Origin: Gemmatimonadota bacterium
GTDB lineage: Bacteria; Gemmatimonadota; Gemmatimonadetes; JACCXV01; JAHWKZ01
NCBI GenBank assembly: GCA_039588915.1
Contig: JBDGYV010000003.1
Location: 5,343-69,342 of the forward strand
DNA length: 64,000 nt
Direction: 5' to 3'
In this document: positions 28,233 through 37,705 of the stretch, one piece after another
Numbering within the stretch: the first letter of the stretch is position 1
Layout: the number at the start of each line of letters is the position of its first letter
The notes under the pieces: model-generated
Databases searched by the model: none
Told to the model about the DNA's origin: nothing
The model's input: the letters and a program-made list of their open reading frames with translations, nothing else
Program-made: the position numbers and the translations under genes

Positions 28233-30716
28233 TCAGCTTCCGATCCGGATCCCTGCCAGCAGGGTACGGGGCAGACCCGGGCGGGCACCAGCGGGTCGCC
28301 GCGCGACCACGTACTCGGCCGCGGTCAAGTTCTGAACCCCGGCGAACAACTTCGCCCTCGGCGACAGGACGTACTCGCCGCTCAGGTTCCAGACGGTGTA
28401 GTCATCGGTCTCTTGCTCGGGAGGGACCGCGTCTTGCCCCGCTTGCGTGCGAGTGCCGCTAACGCTGTCGGCCGTCAGCTCGATCGCCCATAGTGGGTGA
28501 GCCACGCCGATGGCGGCATGCAGTTGATAACGCGGCACATAGGGCAGCTCATCGCCCTTTTCGACCGCACCCCAAGGCGGGAATGCGCTTTCAAAGCTGG
28601 TCCCAAACTCGGTCGAGGTATAGGTGTAGGCCAACCGAACCGGAGCCGTAAGTCGACCATCGAGCCCGAGCGAAAGCTCACCGTTAAGCGCCAACTCGAT
28701 GCCCGACACACGCGCTGACCCACCATTGAACAGCTCCCCATCACCGGTGTCGTCGCCCACTGCGAGTGTCGCCCGGCCAAGGATGTTCTCGTAGTCGTTG
28801 TAAAACGCTGTCGCCTGGGCTTCTACGCTTGAACCTTCGAACCGCACTCCGAGCTCATAGTTGAGGCTCTTCTCAGCCTCCGTCTCGTCGTCCGCGCCCG
28901 GCCCTGGTGGACCGAATCCGCGGTGCACACCACCGAAGAGATCGATACCCTGACCGACCTCGTAACCGACGCCGAGACCGGGAATCCACGCGTTGACGTT
29001 CGTCTTCCTAACCCTATTCGGCACGACCCGTCCCGGATCATCGAATCCGTAATCAGTGCGCGTGAAGTCTATCGATTCGTAGCGCGCACCAGGCGTCAAG
29101 CTCCACCGACCGACCTCGACTCGATCCTGTACGAACACCGCCCTCGCGATGGCTTCGCTAACTTTATTGGATTGGCTTCCCGGTGCTCCAACGCTCGTCC
29201 GAATGATTTCACGCGACAACATCTGGAAGCCATCGTCGTGCTGGAAGCGATCTTCCTCGTCCCGATGGTATCGGACTCCAAACTCGATCTCGTGTTGGCT
29301 GACACCAGCCGAAGCCGCCAACCCGATCGCCGACTGCACCCCTGTCGATGTGTAGTCGCGGTTGTTGGCTCGCAACGTCAGCGCATCGATCTCGCTATCG
29401 CTGCCACGGATTACGGACAACTCACCCAGATGGCGGTCGGGATCGCGCAAGACGTCCGCGATCGCCACGCCATTCACTTTCTCCAGCTTGTACCAGTTCC
29501 GCCCGAAATCATTGTGGTACACAACCGTATTGACATCCAATCCGGTCGGGAGCCGTATTGCGTGTCGCAATTGGATCTGTCGGTGATCGGCGCGCATGAT
29601 GTCGTCGCTCGATGCGCGGTACCGGCGAAACGGCTCACTCCGAAAGTCCACGTCCGTGAGGCCGAGGTAGGTCTCGTTGGAAGTCTCGTCATAAGCCCCG
29701 AGCTTTAGCTCGAGCTCCTGATAGAGGGGGGCCCCGCGGTCGGTGTTGACCCGTAGCTTCACTAGGTAGTCCTGAATCTCAAACCCCGTGTCGCCACCAC
29801 CGTCGAGCTGCTTGAAACCATTGGTCCGGATCTGATAGGTCTCGACCAACCAGCCGAAGTGGTCGCGTGCGTCACCGGCCCCGATCCACGCCTTGCCAGT
29901 TTCGTTGGCTCCAGCCTCGAAATCACCAAACCACCCCAGTCGATCGGGGATCGGCGTGGAGACAAAGTTGATCGCACCCCCTATCGTGTGCGGCCCGTAC
30001 TTGATCTGGCTCGACCCCTTGCGGATCTCGATGGCGTTCATCCGGCCCGCGACCGGCGCGTAGTAAGCGGCTGGCGCGGAATACGGGGCGGGAGCGATTA
30101 ACACGCCGTCTTCCATCAACGTGACCTTGGAGCTGCGCTCGGAGCCGGTGCCGCGGATCCCGATATTAGGTCGCAACCCATAACCGTCTTCTTCCTGGAC
30201 GTTGATTCCCGGAATCGCGCGTAGGTAGGCATGCACGTCGTCGTAGAGGAGCTTCCGCTGATCGAGCTCGGTTGGTCCCAGGTAGTGCGCCGAGCCGGGA
30301 ATGCGGCCAAGCTCGTCCTTGCCACCGACGACACGAAAGCGGTTCAACACGAGTTCGATCGGTGGCGCGCGGAGCGCTCGCGCCCCCAGCGTGACCTCCG
30401 TTGCCAGCCGCTCACCAGCAGTAAGCTCCACGCTCAAGCGCTTGGGTTCCCACCCAAACGCACTAATCTCGATCTCTAGGCGGCCAGCCGGGAGTCGATC
30501 CAGCACCGCCCGCCCAACGGCATCGGAAATCATCTTCCGATCAGCTTCCACGACCCTGACCAGCGCGCCTGGGATCGGATTCCCAGAGGCCTCCGAGACC
30601 ACTGTTGCGCTCAGCTGGGCGGTGTCCTGAGCAAGCGTCGGTGATGTTCCGAGCATCATGGCTGAGACGACCAAGCAGATCGCGACGCATCGTGGTTGAG
30701 ACCGATTCTCAATCAT
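28233..30716 (-). CDS. TonB-dependent receptor, FecA-like iron uptake family
   Basis: Signal peptide, N-terminal Ig-like domain, plug EEDGYGLRPNIGIRG, GGAINF, barrel ending RPGLPR. Confidence 0.9.
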   Translation of the reverse strand: MIENRSQPRCVAICLVVSAMMLGTSPTLAQDTAQLSATVVSEASGNPIPGALVRVVEADRKMISDAVGRAVLDRLPAGRLEIEISAFGWEPKRLSVELTAGERLATEVTLGARALRAPPIELVLNRFRVVGGKDELGRIPGSAHYLGPTELDQRKLLYDDVHAYLRAIPGINVQEEDGYGLRPNIGIRGTGSERSSKVTLMEDGVLIAPAPYSAPAAYYAPVAGRMNAIEIRKGSSQIKYGPHTIGGAINFVSTPIPDRLGWFGDFEAGANETGKAWIGAGDARDHFGWLVETYQIRTNGFKQLDGGGDTGFEIQDYLVKLRVNTDRGAPLYQELELKLGAYDETSNETYLGLTDVDFRSEPFRRYRASSDDIMRADHRQIQLRHAIRLPTGLDVNTVVYHNDFGRNWYKLEKVNGVAIADVLRDPDRHLGELSVIRGSDSEIDALTLRANNRDYTSTGVQSAIGLAASAGVSQHEIEFGVRYHRDEEDRFQHDDGFQMLSREIIRTSVGAPGSQSNKVSEAIARAVFVQDRVEVGRWSLTPGARYESIDFTRTDYGFDDPGRVVPNRVRKTNVNAWIPGLGVGYEVGQGIDLFGGVHRGFGPPGPGADDETEAEKSLNYELGVRFEGSSVEAQATAFYNDYENILGRATLAVGDDTGDGELFNGGSARVSGIELALNGELSLGLDGRLTAPVRLAYTYTSTEFGTSFESAFPPWGAVEKGDELPYVPRYQLHAAIGVAHPLWAIELTADSVSGTRTQAGQDAVPPEQETDDYTVWNLSGEYVLSPRAKLFAGVQNLTAAEYVVARRPAGARPGLPRTLLAGIRIGS
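30696..30712. promoter_or_regulatory. Fur-like palindrome TTGAGA-N5-TCTCAA within the first codons of the receptor gene
   Basis: 6-5-6 inverted repeat resembling TGAGAAT-n-ATTCTCA Fur boxes. Confidence 0.55.
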
Positions 30717-30724
30717 CAGCCCTC

Positions 30725-30752
30725 ACAATATCCCATAAACCGGACCTGTCAA
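30725..30752 (-). promoter_or_regulatory. sigma70 promoter of the receptor gene (TTGACA-N16-TATTGT)
   Basis: Perfect -35; the -10 ends 8 nt before the ATG at 30716. Confidence 0.65.
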
Positions 30753-30763
30753 GTCCGTTTTTT

Positions 30764-30780
30764 TGCAACGATTATCGTAT
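30764..30780. promoter_or_regulatory. Second Fur-like element (ATACGATAATCGTTGCA on the minus strand)
   Basis: ACGAT-A-ATCGT palindrome with a GATAATC core just upstream of the -35. Confidence 0.45.
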
Positions 30781-30795
30781 GAGGATGGTTAGTGC

Positions 30796-31644
30796 TTACC
30801 GTTCGATGAGTTGCAGGCTGCTTTGCTGCTCGATCTCCAACGATCGGCGCTCCACCGAGCCGTCCTCGACCGCGACCCGTGTGAGCTGTGCCTCAGCGTT
30901 GGTTTCGACTCGGACTGTCTGCCCCCGCTCATGAGCGAAGTACATCCTGCCTCGGACCCGAATCCGCTCCTCGGACGAAACGGCGCTCGACCCTTCACCT
31001 TTTTCGGGCGCGGTCGGCAAATAGACGTCGCCGTCGAATGCGATCACGGCGATCGGTTCGCCATCATCCTCGGTTAAGTTCTCGAGGACGTAGTTCGACG
31101 TCGTGACGACCGGTTCGGCCTCCGGAGAGAGCACTTTGACCTGCTGAGTCCAACTGTCGCCGATCCTGAGCGCGCGTTCGGGAAAAACAGGCTGCGTCTG
31201 CTCCAGGTAGGTGCGGAAGTCCATATCTCCAAACAGCGGTTTCGCCGTCTCGACGTTGGTGACGTCGATGATCCTACCCTGTGAGCTGATCTCGAGGTTT
31301 ATAGTGATGTCACGCGGTTCCGAGTCCGCCACCTCGTCGGCCTTGGCTGGCAAATGATAGGTCCACGCCAGCAGGTAGTTGCCGCTTGGAGTTACATCGG
31401 TCGCTACCTCGTCGACGCGTAGGTGTCGTTCATACGTCTTCGTGGTCTTGTCTGCGGTGACCGAATCGGGGTAGGTCACGGTGCCGTTGGCTGTGTACTC
31501 GTAGTGGAGGGTGTCGCCTACCTGGTAGCGGAGCCGAAGCTCAACCCGGGGCTCCTCGGGCGCTTCTTGACAACCGGTCAGGCACGAAGCTGTCACCAGC
31601 AGCGCTAACAGCTGCCTCGTTCTATCCGGGCTTGGAAAGTTCAA
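30796..31644 (-). CDS. Hypothetical beta-rich lipoprotein
   Basis: TTG overlaps the anti-sigma stop; lipobox LTGC; beta-strand pattern. Confidence 0.7.
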   Translation of the reverse strand: MNFPSPDRTRQLLALLVTASCLTGCQEAPEEPRVELRLRYQVGDTLHYEYTANGTVTYPDSVTADKTTKTYERHLRVDEVATDVTPSGNYLLAWTYHLPAKADEVADSEPRDITINLEISSQGRIIDVTNVETAKPLFGDMDFRTYLEQTQPVFPERALRIGDSWTQQVKVLSPEAEPVVTTSNYVLENLTEDDGEPIAVIAFDGDVYLPTAPEKGEGSSAVSSEERIRVRGRMYFAHERGQTVRVETNAEAQLTRVAVEDGSVERRSLEIEQQSSLQLIER

Positions 31645-32147
31645 GGCGCTTCGGCGAGACTCGCCAGGATGACACCCTTGGACAACGGATCGACGCTGCC
31701 GACCGCAATCGCGGCTCGCTCGAAGAACTCGTAATCGTCCTCCCAGCCACTGTCGAAAGCAACCGTCGGAACCGGCGACTGTGAGTCGATCGGCTCGTTG
31801 CGGGCTCCCCACCACACGCCGACCAATAGCGCAATCGAAGCCGCCGTGCCGACCGCCGGGGCCGTCCAACGCGTCGCTCGCGATGAGACCGTGCGGGTAA
31901 CGATCGGCCACCGTTGCCAGAAGGAGTCCCAGTACCCGATCGGCGGCCGCGGCGGGTCTACGCCGTACCACCGGAGTGAGCTGAGCAGCGCACCACACTC
32001 CTCGTGCTGCATCCGGCACGCTTCACACCTCCAGAGGTGCGCCTCGGCCCGCCGCTCGCGGACGGGATCGAGCTGTCCGTCGAGAAGTTGGTACAGCGTC
32101 TCCTGGTCGAGGTGCTCGGTTGGACTCATGCGTCGGGATTCCTCCAT
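31641..32147 (-). CDS. Zinc-finger (zf-HC2/ZAS) transmembrane anti-sigma factor (alternative start 32129)
   Basis: HLWRCEAC (HxxxCxxC), one TM helix; follows the ECF sigma gene. Confidence 0.85.
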   Translation of the reverse strand: MEESRRMSPTEHLDQETLYQLLDGQLDPVRERRAEAHLWRCEACRMQHEECGALLSSLRWYGVDPPRPPIGYWDSFWQRWPIVTRTVSSRATRWTAPAVGTAASIALLVGVWWGARNEPIDSQSPVPTVAFDSGWEDDYEFFERAAIAVGSVDPLSKGVILASLAEAP

Positions 32148-32162
32148 TCTGGACTCCAGTAC

Positions 32163-32190
32163 TTAGACGCAAACCGCGAGCCGACGTTCA
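32163..32190 (-). promoter_or_regulatory. Putative ECF-sigma promoter (TGAAC-N16-CGTCTAA) between the sigma and anti-sigma genes
   Basis: Matches the AAC-N16-CGTC ECF promoter pattern. Confidence 0.6.
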
Positions 32191-32224
32191 AGAGATTCAC
32201 CGGGACCTGACCCAGCAAGGCACG

Positions 32225-32830
32225 TCAGCGGTGCGTCGACAGCATGCGGCGCAGTTTTTCACGCCCGTAGAACAGGTTTGAGCGCACCGTAGCCGTCGGG
32301 CAACCGCACTTTCGAGCCACCTCTTCAGTCGAGAGACCTTCGACATCGTGGAGTACGACGATCTCCCTCTGTCGCGGCGGTAGCACGTGGATCGCCCGCT
32401 CCAGTTTTCGCAGAAACTCCCGGTGCTCGACTTGCTGGTCGGGCGATTCGACCCGGCGATCAGCAAAGTTATCCTCGAAACCCTCAGGCGATTGAGACTC
32501 GACGGCTGCGGACCGCTGTCGGCGACGGAGGTGGTCCAGAGCGGTGTTGACCATGATCCTTCGGGCCCAAGGAAAAAACGCTTCCGGTCGCGACAGCCGG
32601 GCGAGATTCTGATACACTTTCACGAAGCCCTCCTGCAGCACGTCGTCAGCGTCTTCATGTGATCCCGTGTACCTGCGGGCCAACGCATAGAAAGCGTCCT
32701 GATAGGCCGAGATCAGATCGCGAAACGCGCGCGGATCACCACCTGCCGCCCGGTCCACCAAATCGGCCAAGCGCTCATCCATCGCCGCTTGCTTTGACGC
32801 CTTTGTGATCGAAATCGTCGAATCTGTCAT
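32225..32830 (-). CDS. ECF RNA polymerase sigma factor
   Basis: Region 2 DADDVLQEGF..W..RIMVNTALDHLRR; region 4 LPPRQR..VEGLS..EVA..TVRS. Confidence 0.93.
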   Translation of the reverse strand: MTDSTISITKASKQAAMDERLADLVDRAAGGDPRAFRDLISAYQDAFYALARRYTGSHEDADDVLQEGFVKVYQNLARLSRPEAFFPWARRIMVNTALDHLRRRQRSAAVESQSPEGFEDNFADRRVESPDQQVEHREFLRKLERAIHVLPPRQREIVVLHDVEGLSTEEVARKCGCPTATVRSNLFYGREKLRRMLSTHR

Positions 32831-34548
32831 AGCGCCTTCCCGCGTGTACCCTGCTCCTCGACACCCAGAATCCAAGCCGCTACCCGACCAATGGGCAGAT
32901 CGTTCCCAGGCGTCCAGTACGCACCATCCTCAAACACCTCGGAAGACGTGTCCGCTGGTTGGCCTTCGATCTCTCTTAGAATCGACCGCGCGCGTTCCCG
33001 CCATTTCTCGAGGTTCGCTGGGCGTAGATCTACCCAGCCCGCGTCAGCCCAGCGCTCAATACTCTCCGGCGTCAGCTGTTCGCGGGCCTCTTCGAAGTAC
33101 ACAGGGATCTTCATCTCGGGCCCCCTGATCAACCGGCCGTTTGGCAATCGAATCGGAAGCCCGATCGAGAGAATGTGTGACCTAAGCTTCGTGTCCTGCT
33201 TGACGATCTCAGCACACGTGGCGCTCATTTCTTCTGGATCACTGGTGGCCACCGCCTCGAGGCTGCCACGAGCTCGCTTCAGTAGAGCTGCCTCGTAAAG
33301 CAGCTTCGACAGCCGGGGCGGACCCAGCATTTCAAACGCCACTGACTCAAAACCAGTGTCGACTTCCAGCTGCCGCATCTGCTCGAGCGCTCGGTGGCGC
33401 ATGACGCCAGCGCGATAGGTTGGGCCAAGCGTCGAGCCGTCCAGCGCCGCGACGACTTCGCGGCCGGTGGTTCCACCCTTGATCTCAGCGATGACATCGG
33501 CGGCGATCTCTTCGGGGGTGACGAACTCCATTTGGCCGAGAGCGGTCACCGTTTCGAACTCTTCGCAAGAGAACACACCGTTTTCCCCGGTATCGATAAA
33601 GACCGACTCGAGCAGCGCCTGCTCCCCATCGCTTCCTCGGACGGGAGTCCAGCCAGACGCATCGTCCGCCATCGCCTCACCCACTTCAACGGCTTGTTCC
33701 GCTTGACAGTCGTACAGCGGGATCCCTCGCCCACCCGGGGTGACCGGACCGGCCCCGATTTGTTTCCAGGCGACCGCCGCACTCGGCTTGATCTCCTTCA
33801 CGATTGGCGCGTCCGGTGTACGAGCCAACAGGTAGAGCAGCATCGAGTGGGCGCCGGCGATAGACGACTTCGAAAGCAGGACCCGGCTTGGTTTTTCCTC
33901 GGAGTGCGTGTACGGAATGTTCAACCCCATGCCCCCAGAGCCCGTGGTCCCCACTTTCAGATAGAACGAGGTTCCGGCCGCTTTTAGCGACGCTCGAAGC
34001 ACTTGAACGTGACGGATCAGCTGTGGCAACGAGAGCGTCGTCAAGTGCTGCTCGATGACGTCGGACAGCTCCTCGGCGCCAGCTGTTCCCGCGTCAACGC
34101 CGGCGACGACTTTCTGTACCCGGCGAACACTGTAGAAGACGTCCTGGTATGCGAACGCGGTTGCTGTGTTGATGCAGTCGATGGCCACGTGGGGCCGAGA
34201 ATCAGTAAGCAACTGATACAAGTAGGCCTGGGACAGGATCTCTTCACTGAGCTCCTTCATAGTGTCGTCGATGATCGCTCGGCGCGTGGATCGGTCGACC
34301 AGAAGGGCGGCTCGGTCCTCGTCCTTCAGTGAATCGCGGACGAACACGTTCCCCCATGCTGGTTCGAAGGCGACGTCGTATGAAGCGAAGCGCCGCTCGA
34401 GCGCAACTACGGCTTCTTCGGCCTCGCTACGACGAAGCGAATGGATGACGATCGCTCGGGGTCCCTCGTGTATCAGGGCCCTGGCGATCGCCCCTCCTAC
34501 CAATCCCCAACCGCCGAGGATGAGCACTCTGCGATCCTTAAGATCCAT
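32827..34548 (-). CDS. Large (~573 aa) NAD(P)-binding Rossmann/SDR-like protein of unknown function
   Basis: VLILGGWGLVG; low-degeneracy block KVGTTGSGGMGLNIPYTHSEEKPSRVLLSK; coupled to neighbours on both sides. Confidence 0.7.
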   Translation of the reverse strand: MDLKDRRVLILGGWGLVGGAIARALIHEGPRAIVIHSLRRSEAEEAVVALERRFASYDVAFEPAWGNVFVRDSLKDEDRAALLVDRSTRRAIIDDTMKELSEEILSQAYLYQLLTDSRPHVAIDCINTATAFAYQDVFYSVRRVQKVVAGVDAGTAGAEELSDVIEQHLTTLSLPQLIRHVQVLRASLKAAGTSFYLKVGTTGSGGMGLNIPYTHSEEKPSRVLLSKSSIAGAHSMLLYLLARTPDAPIVKEIKPSAAVAWKQIGAGPVTPGGRGIPLYDCQAEQAVEVGEAMADDASGWTPVRGSDGEQALLESVFIDTGENGVFSCEEFETVTALGQMEFVTPEEIAADVIAEIKGGTTGREVVAALDGSTLGPTYRAGVMRHRALEQMRQLEVDTGFESVAFEMLGPPRLSKLLYEAALLKRARGSLEAVATSDPEEMSATCAEIVKQDTKLRSHILSIGLPIRLPNGRLIRGPEMKIPVYFEEAREQLTPESIERWADAGWVDLRPANLEKWRERARSILREIEGQPADTSSEVFEDGAYWTPGNDLPIGRVAAWILGVEEQGTRGKAL

Positions 34549-35338
34549 TCTGCTCCACCATACGGTTATCCGAGCCACTGCGACCCAAACCAACCAATGC
34601 CAACAGCTCCTCCACCTCAGATCGATCCAGCCAACGCCACTCGCCCGCCGCTAGGTCAGCCAGCGTGAGGAACGCGTATCGAGTGCGAACGAGTTGTTCA
34701 ACCCGACCTCCACAGACAGCGACCATACGTCGGACCTCCCGCTTGCGACCCTCGGACAATTCTAGCTCGATCGTGAAGTGATCAGCCGGCGCCGGCTGGC
34801 TGCCGGCGAGGGTCCGGAGCCGGTACGGTCCAGTCACACCATCGTCGAGTTCGAGACCTCGCTCCGACTCAGCAGCGATCCGATCCATGTCGAAATCTCC
34901 CGACACCTCGACTCGATAGACGCGATCGACCCCCCACCGCGGATGAGTCAATCGGTGTGCCAACTCACCGTCGGTGGTAAACAACAGCGCGCCTTCCGTG
35001 TCACGGTCCAATCGCCCTACGTAGATGAGTCGCCCCTCATCCAGTTGGGGGATGAAGCCGTATACCGTCTTGCGCCCGCCTGGATCACGACGGGTGGTCA
35101 GCACCCCCGTCGGTTTATTGAACAGCAAACACGTCGGAAGGGATCGCGTGCCGTTCCCGAACTCAGCCTCGACGATCTTGCCTCGATAGGTGACCTGATC
35201 CGACGGCCCGACGGTAGTGCCCGGTCGCGTAACAACACGGCCGTTTACGGCTACCAAACCGGCTGCAATCAGATCCTCGCACCTGCGGCGGGATGCGATC
35301 CCGGCTTGGGCGAGATAGCGCTGCAGGCGAACTGTCAC
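34538..35338 (-). CDS. rluB: rRNA pseudouridine synthase, RluB/RsuA family
   Basis: S4 domain RLQRYLA.AG..SRR, GRLDRDTEG, EGRKREVRRM; follows scpB. Confidence 0.88.
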   Translation of the reverse strand: MTVRLQRYLAQAGIASRRRCEDLIAAGLVAVNGRVVTRPGTTVGPSDQVTYRGKIVEAEFGNGTRSLPTCLLFNKPTGVLTTRRDPGGRKTVYGFIPQLDEGRLIYVGRLDRDTEGALLFTTDGELAHRLTHPRWGVDRVYRVEVSGDFDMDRIAAESERGLELDDGVTGPYRLRTLAGSQPAPADHFTIELELSEGRKREVRRMVAVCGGRVEQLVRTRYAFLTLADLAAGEWRWLDRSEVEELLALVGLGRSGSDNRMVEQNGS

Positions 35339-35955
35339 TCATCTTCCCCGGCGACACGATCACCGGAATCGAACTCCAGCTCTTCCTGGCGCTCACGATC
35401 GGCGAAGAGCACCTCCAGCTCCTCCGGTCTAGGCAAGGCATCGAGACCGGGCAATCCAAAGTACTCGAGAAAGTGGCCGGTGGTTCGGTACAGAAGCGGC
35501 CTGCCCAACCCCTCACCCCGACCCGCGACCTCGACCATTCCACGCTCCAGGAGCGTCCTCAGAACTGCGTCAACCGACACGCCGCGGATCGACTCGAGCT
35601 CGACTCTGGCTGCCGGCTGCTTGTAGGCAATGATGGCCAGCGTCTCTAGCGCCGGGCGAGACAACCGGGGGCGCGGCGCCGCTGCGCGTAGTCGCTCGAT
35701 CCAAGCCGCATAGTCCGATCGGGTGACGATTTGAAACCCGTCGGCGATGCGTTTGATACCAAACGCTCTGCGCTGCATCACGTAGTCCGCTTCCAAACCA
35801 CGGACCACGTCCTCGATCATCGCCGGCGTGGTGTCTTCGATCAAGTCCGCCAGCTGCACCGACGTGAGTGGGTGATCAGCAGCGAATAACAGCGCTTCTA
35901 CGATATGCTTCGTATCCAAAACCGCCCCAGTGGGAGCGGTGCTTGCATCCGTCAT
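35335..35955 (-). CDS. scpB: SMC-Scp complex subunit ScpB
   Basis: VEALLFAA, LSRPALETLAIIAYKQP, IRGV, GRPLLYRTT. Confidence 0.95.
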   Translation of the reverse strand: MTDASTAPTGAVLDTKHIVEALLFAADHPLTSVQLADLIEDTTPAMIEDVVRGLEADYVMQRRAFGIKRIADGFQIVTRSDYAAWIERLRAAAPRPRLSRPALETLAIIAYKQPAARVELESIRGVSVDAVLRTLLERGMVEVAGRGEGLGRPLLYRTTGHFLEYFGLPGLDALPRPEELEVLFADRERQEELEFDSGDRVAGEDE

Positions 35956-36704
35956 TTCTTGAACCCCTCGCCTACGAAGACGTTGATGTCGCCGAACCTT
36001 TCGGCCTGTCGCAGGCGAATCTCGCCTTCGCGGGCCATCTCCAGCAGTGCAACAAAAGTCACGATCCAATGGGATCGAGGTTCGCCCACCACGAATAACT
36101 CGCGGAACGAACTTCGACCCTCCCGCCTCAATCGGCCTCGAACGAAATCGACCTTTTCCTCGATCGTGACCGTGAGTGGTTCTAGATGGTGAATCTGGTC
36201 ACGAGCCGCCTGTTCCATGACGTCGGCAAAGGCCCGTAACAAATCGCCCAGCGTGGCTCGGTTGGCTGGTTCCTCCTCGGCCCGCGCCTCGTCCTCGGCC
36301 AACCATTCCCGGTATCCTCGACTGAAGAGCAGACGACGCGACGATTCGTGGTCCCGGAGGTGCTCGGCGATCTCCTTGAACTGCTGGTACTCGATGATCT
36401 TTAGCACCAGCTCACGCCGTGGATCATCGATCTCCTCGTCGTCCAGGTCCGGCTGCGGCAGCAGCATCTGAGCCTTTATTCGCATCAACGTCGCCGCCAT
36501 CAGCAAGAACTCGCCGGCACTTTCCAGCTTCTCTCGCGTCATCGCCTCGACGTATTCGAGAAACTGCTCGGTAATCAATGCTATCGGGATGTCGTAGATA
36601 TCTACCTCGTTCTTCTTGACGAGATAGACCAAGAGATCGAGTGGTCCCTCGAAGTCGAGGGTCTCGAGCTTTACGCTGTGACCGGTCGATTCGACGTCTG
36701 CCAT
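35952..36704 (-). CDS. scpA: Segregation/condensation protein ScpA
   Basis: FEGPLDLL, DIYDIPI, FLLMAATL..IKA..LLP, TFVALLEM. Confidence 0.95.
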   Translation of the reverse strand: MADVESTGHSVKLETLDFEGPLDLLVYLVKKNEVDIYDIPIALITEQFLEYVEAMTREKLESAGEFLLMAATLMRIKAQMLLPQPDLDDEEIDDPRRELVLKIIEYQQFKEIAEHLRDHESSRRLLFSRGYREWLAEDEARAEEEPANRATLGDLLRAFADVMEQAARDQIHHLEPLTVTIEEKVDFVRGRLRREGRSSFRELFVVGEPRSHWIVTFVALLEMAREGEIRLRQAERFGDINVFVGEGFKK

Positions 36705-37705
36705 AGGCCGAGCGCCTCGCGCACCTCGCGCATCGTTTCTCGTGCCACTTCCTGAGCTGCTTCACGTCCCGCATTCAGGATCGCGGCTACCTGGTTTGAG
36801 TCAGATCGCAACTCGGCTGCTCGCTCCCGCATCGGCGCGAACGTCTCGATCAATACATCGGCCATGAGCATCTTGTCTTCGTAGCAGCCGATATCGGCAC
36901 TCCTGCACTGTCGTTCGACTCGGCTGATGGTGGCCGAATCGGAAAAGTATCCGTGCCACGTGAAAACGTTACACACCTCGGGTCGGCCGGGGTCTTCCCG
37001 ACGCTTGCGCTGAGGGTCGGTGAACGCGGTCGCCATCCGCTCCCGAATCTTCTCTGGCGGGTCGAGGATTCCGATGTGGTTTCCCTTCGTCTTCGACATC
37101 TTGCTCTGCCCATCCAGGCCCACCACGCGCGGGGTCTCGGTCAGCAAGACCTGTGGTTCATGAAACGTCTCGCCAAAAGCGTTGTTGAAGCGTCGGGCCA
37201 ACATACGGGCGAGCTCGAGGTGCTGTGACTGGTCCTCCCCCACGGGAACCCGGTCAGCCTTGTAGAGCAGAATGTCCGCCGATTGAAGCACCGGGTACAT
37301 GAGGAGCCCGGCGTTGACCGCCTCTCCACCACCCGCGGTCTTGTCCTTGAACTGGGTCATTCGTTGCAGCTGCCCAAGCGGTGCAAGCGACGTGAGAACC
37401 CACGCCAGCTCGGTGTGCTCAGGAACCTCCGACTGGATGAATATGTGGCACTTATCGGGATCGAGGCCCGCCGCCACCAGCGAGACCAACATGTCCTCGG
37501 TCAGCTTTCGGAGTCCCCGAGGCTCGAACGGGCTGGCGATGGCGTGGTAGTCGACGATTGGATAGAAGCACTCGTACTCGTCCTGCAGGCGGACCCAGTT
37601 TCGAACCGCGCCCAGGTAGTTTCCGATATGGAGCTCGCCTGTCGGCTGAATACCGCTCAGGACACGGCTGCGCTGCTCGGCGGCGGATCCACCCGATCGA
37701 CTCAC
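36671..37705 (-). CDS. trpS: Tryptophan--tRNA ligase
   Basis: SGIQPTG.LHIGNY, YPVLQSADIL, VPVGEDQ, KMSK. Confidence 0.96.
   Translation of the reverse strand: MSRSGGSAAEQRSRVLSGIQPTGELHIGNYLGAVRNWVRLQDEYECFYPIVDYHAIASPFEPRGLRKLTEDMLVSLVAAGLDPDKCHIFIQSEVPEHTELAWVLTSLAPLGQLQRMTQFKDKTAGGGEAVNAGLLMYPVLQSADILLYKADRVPVGEDQSQHLELARMLARRFNNAFGETFHEPQVLLTETPRVVGLDGQSKMSKTKGNHIGILDPPEKIRERMATAFTDPQRKRREDPGRPEVCNVFTWHGYFSDSATISRVERQCRSADIGCYEDKMLMADVLIETFAPMRERAAELRSDSNQVAAILNAGREAAQEVARETMREVREALGLWQTSNRPVTA

Noticed and set aside
31645-32019. N-terminal 125 aa of the 407-aa ORF
   Set aside because: It overlaps the anti-sigma gene in another frame; the lipoprotein signal begins at TTG 31644.
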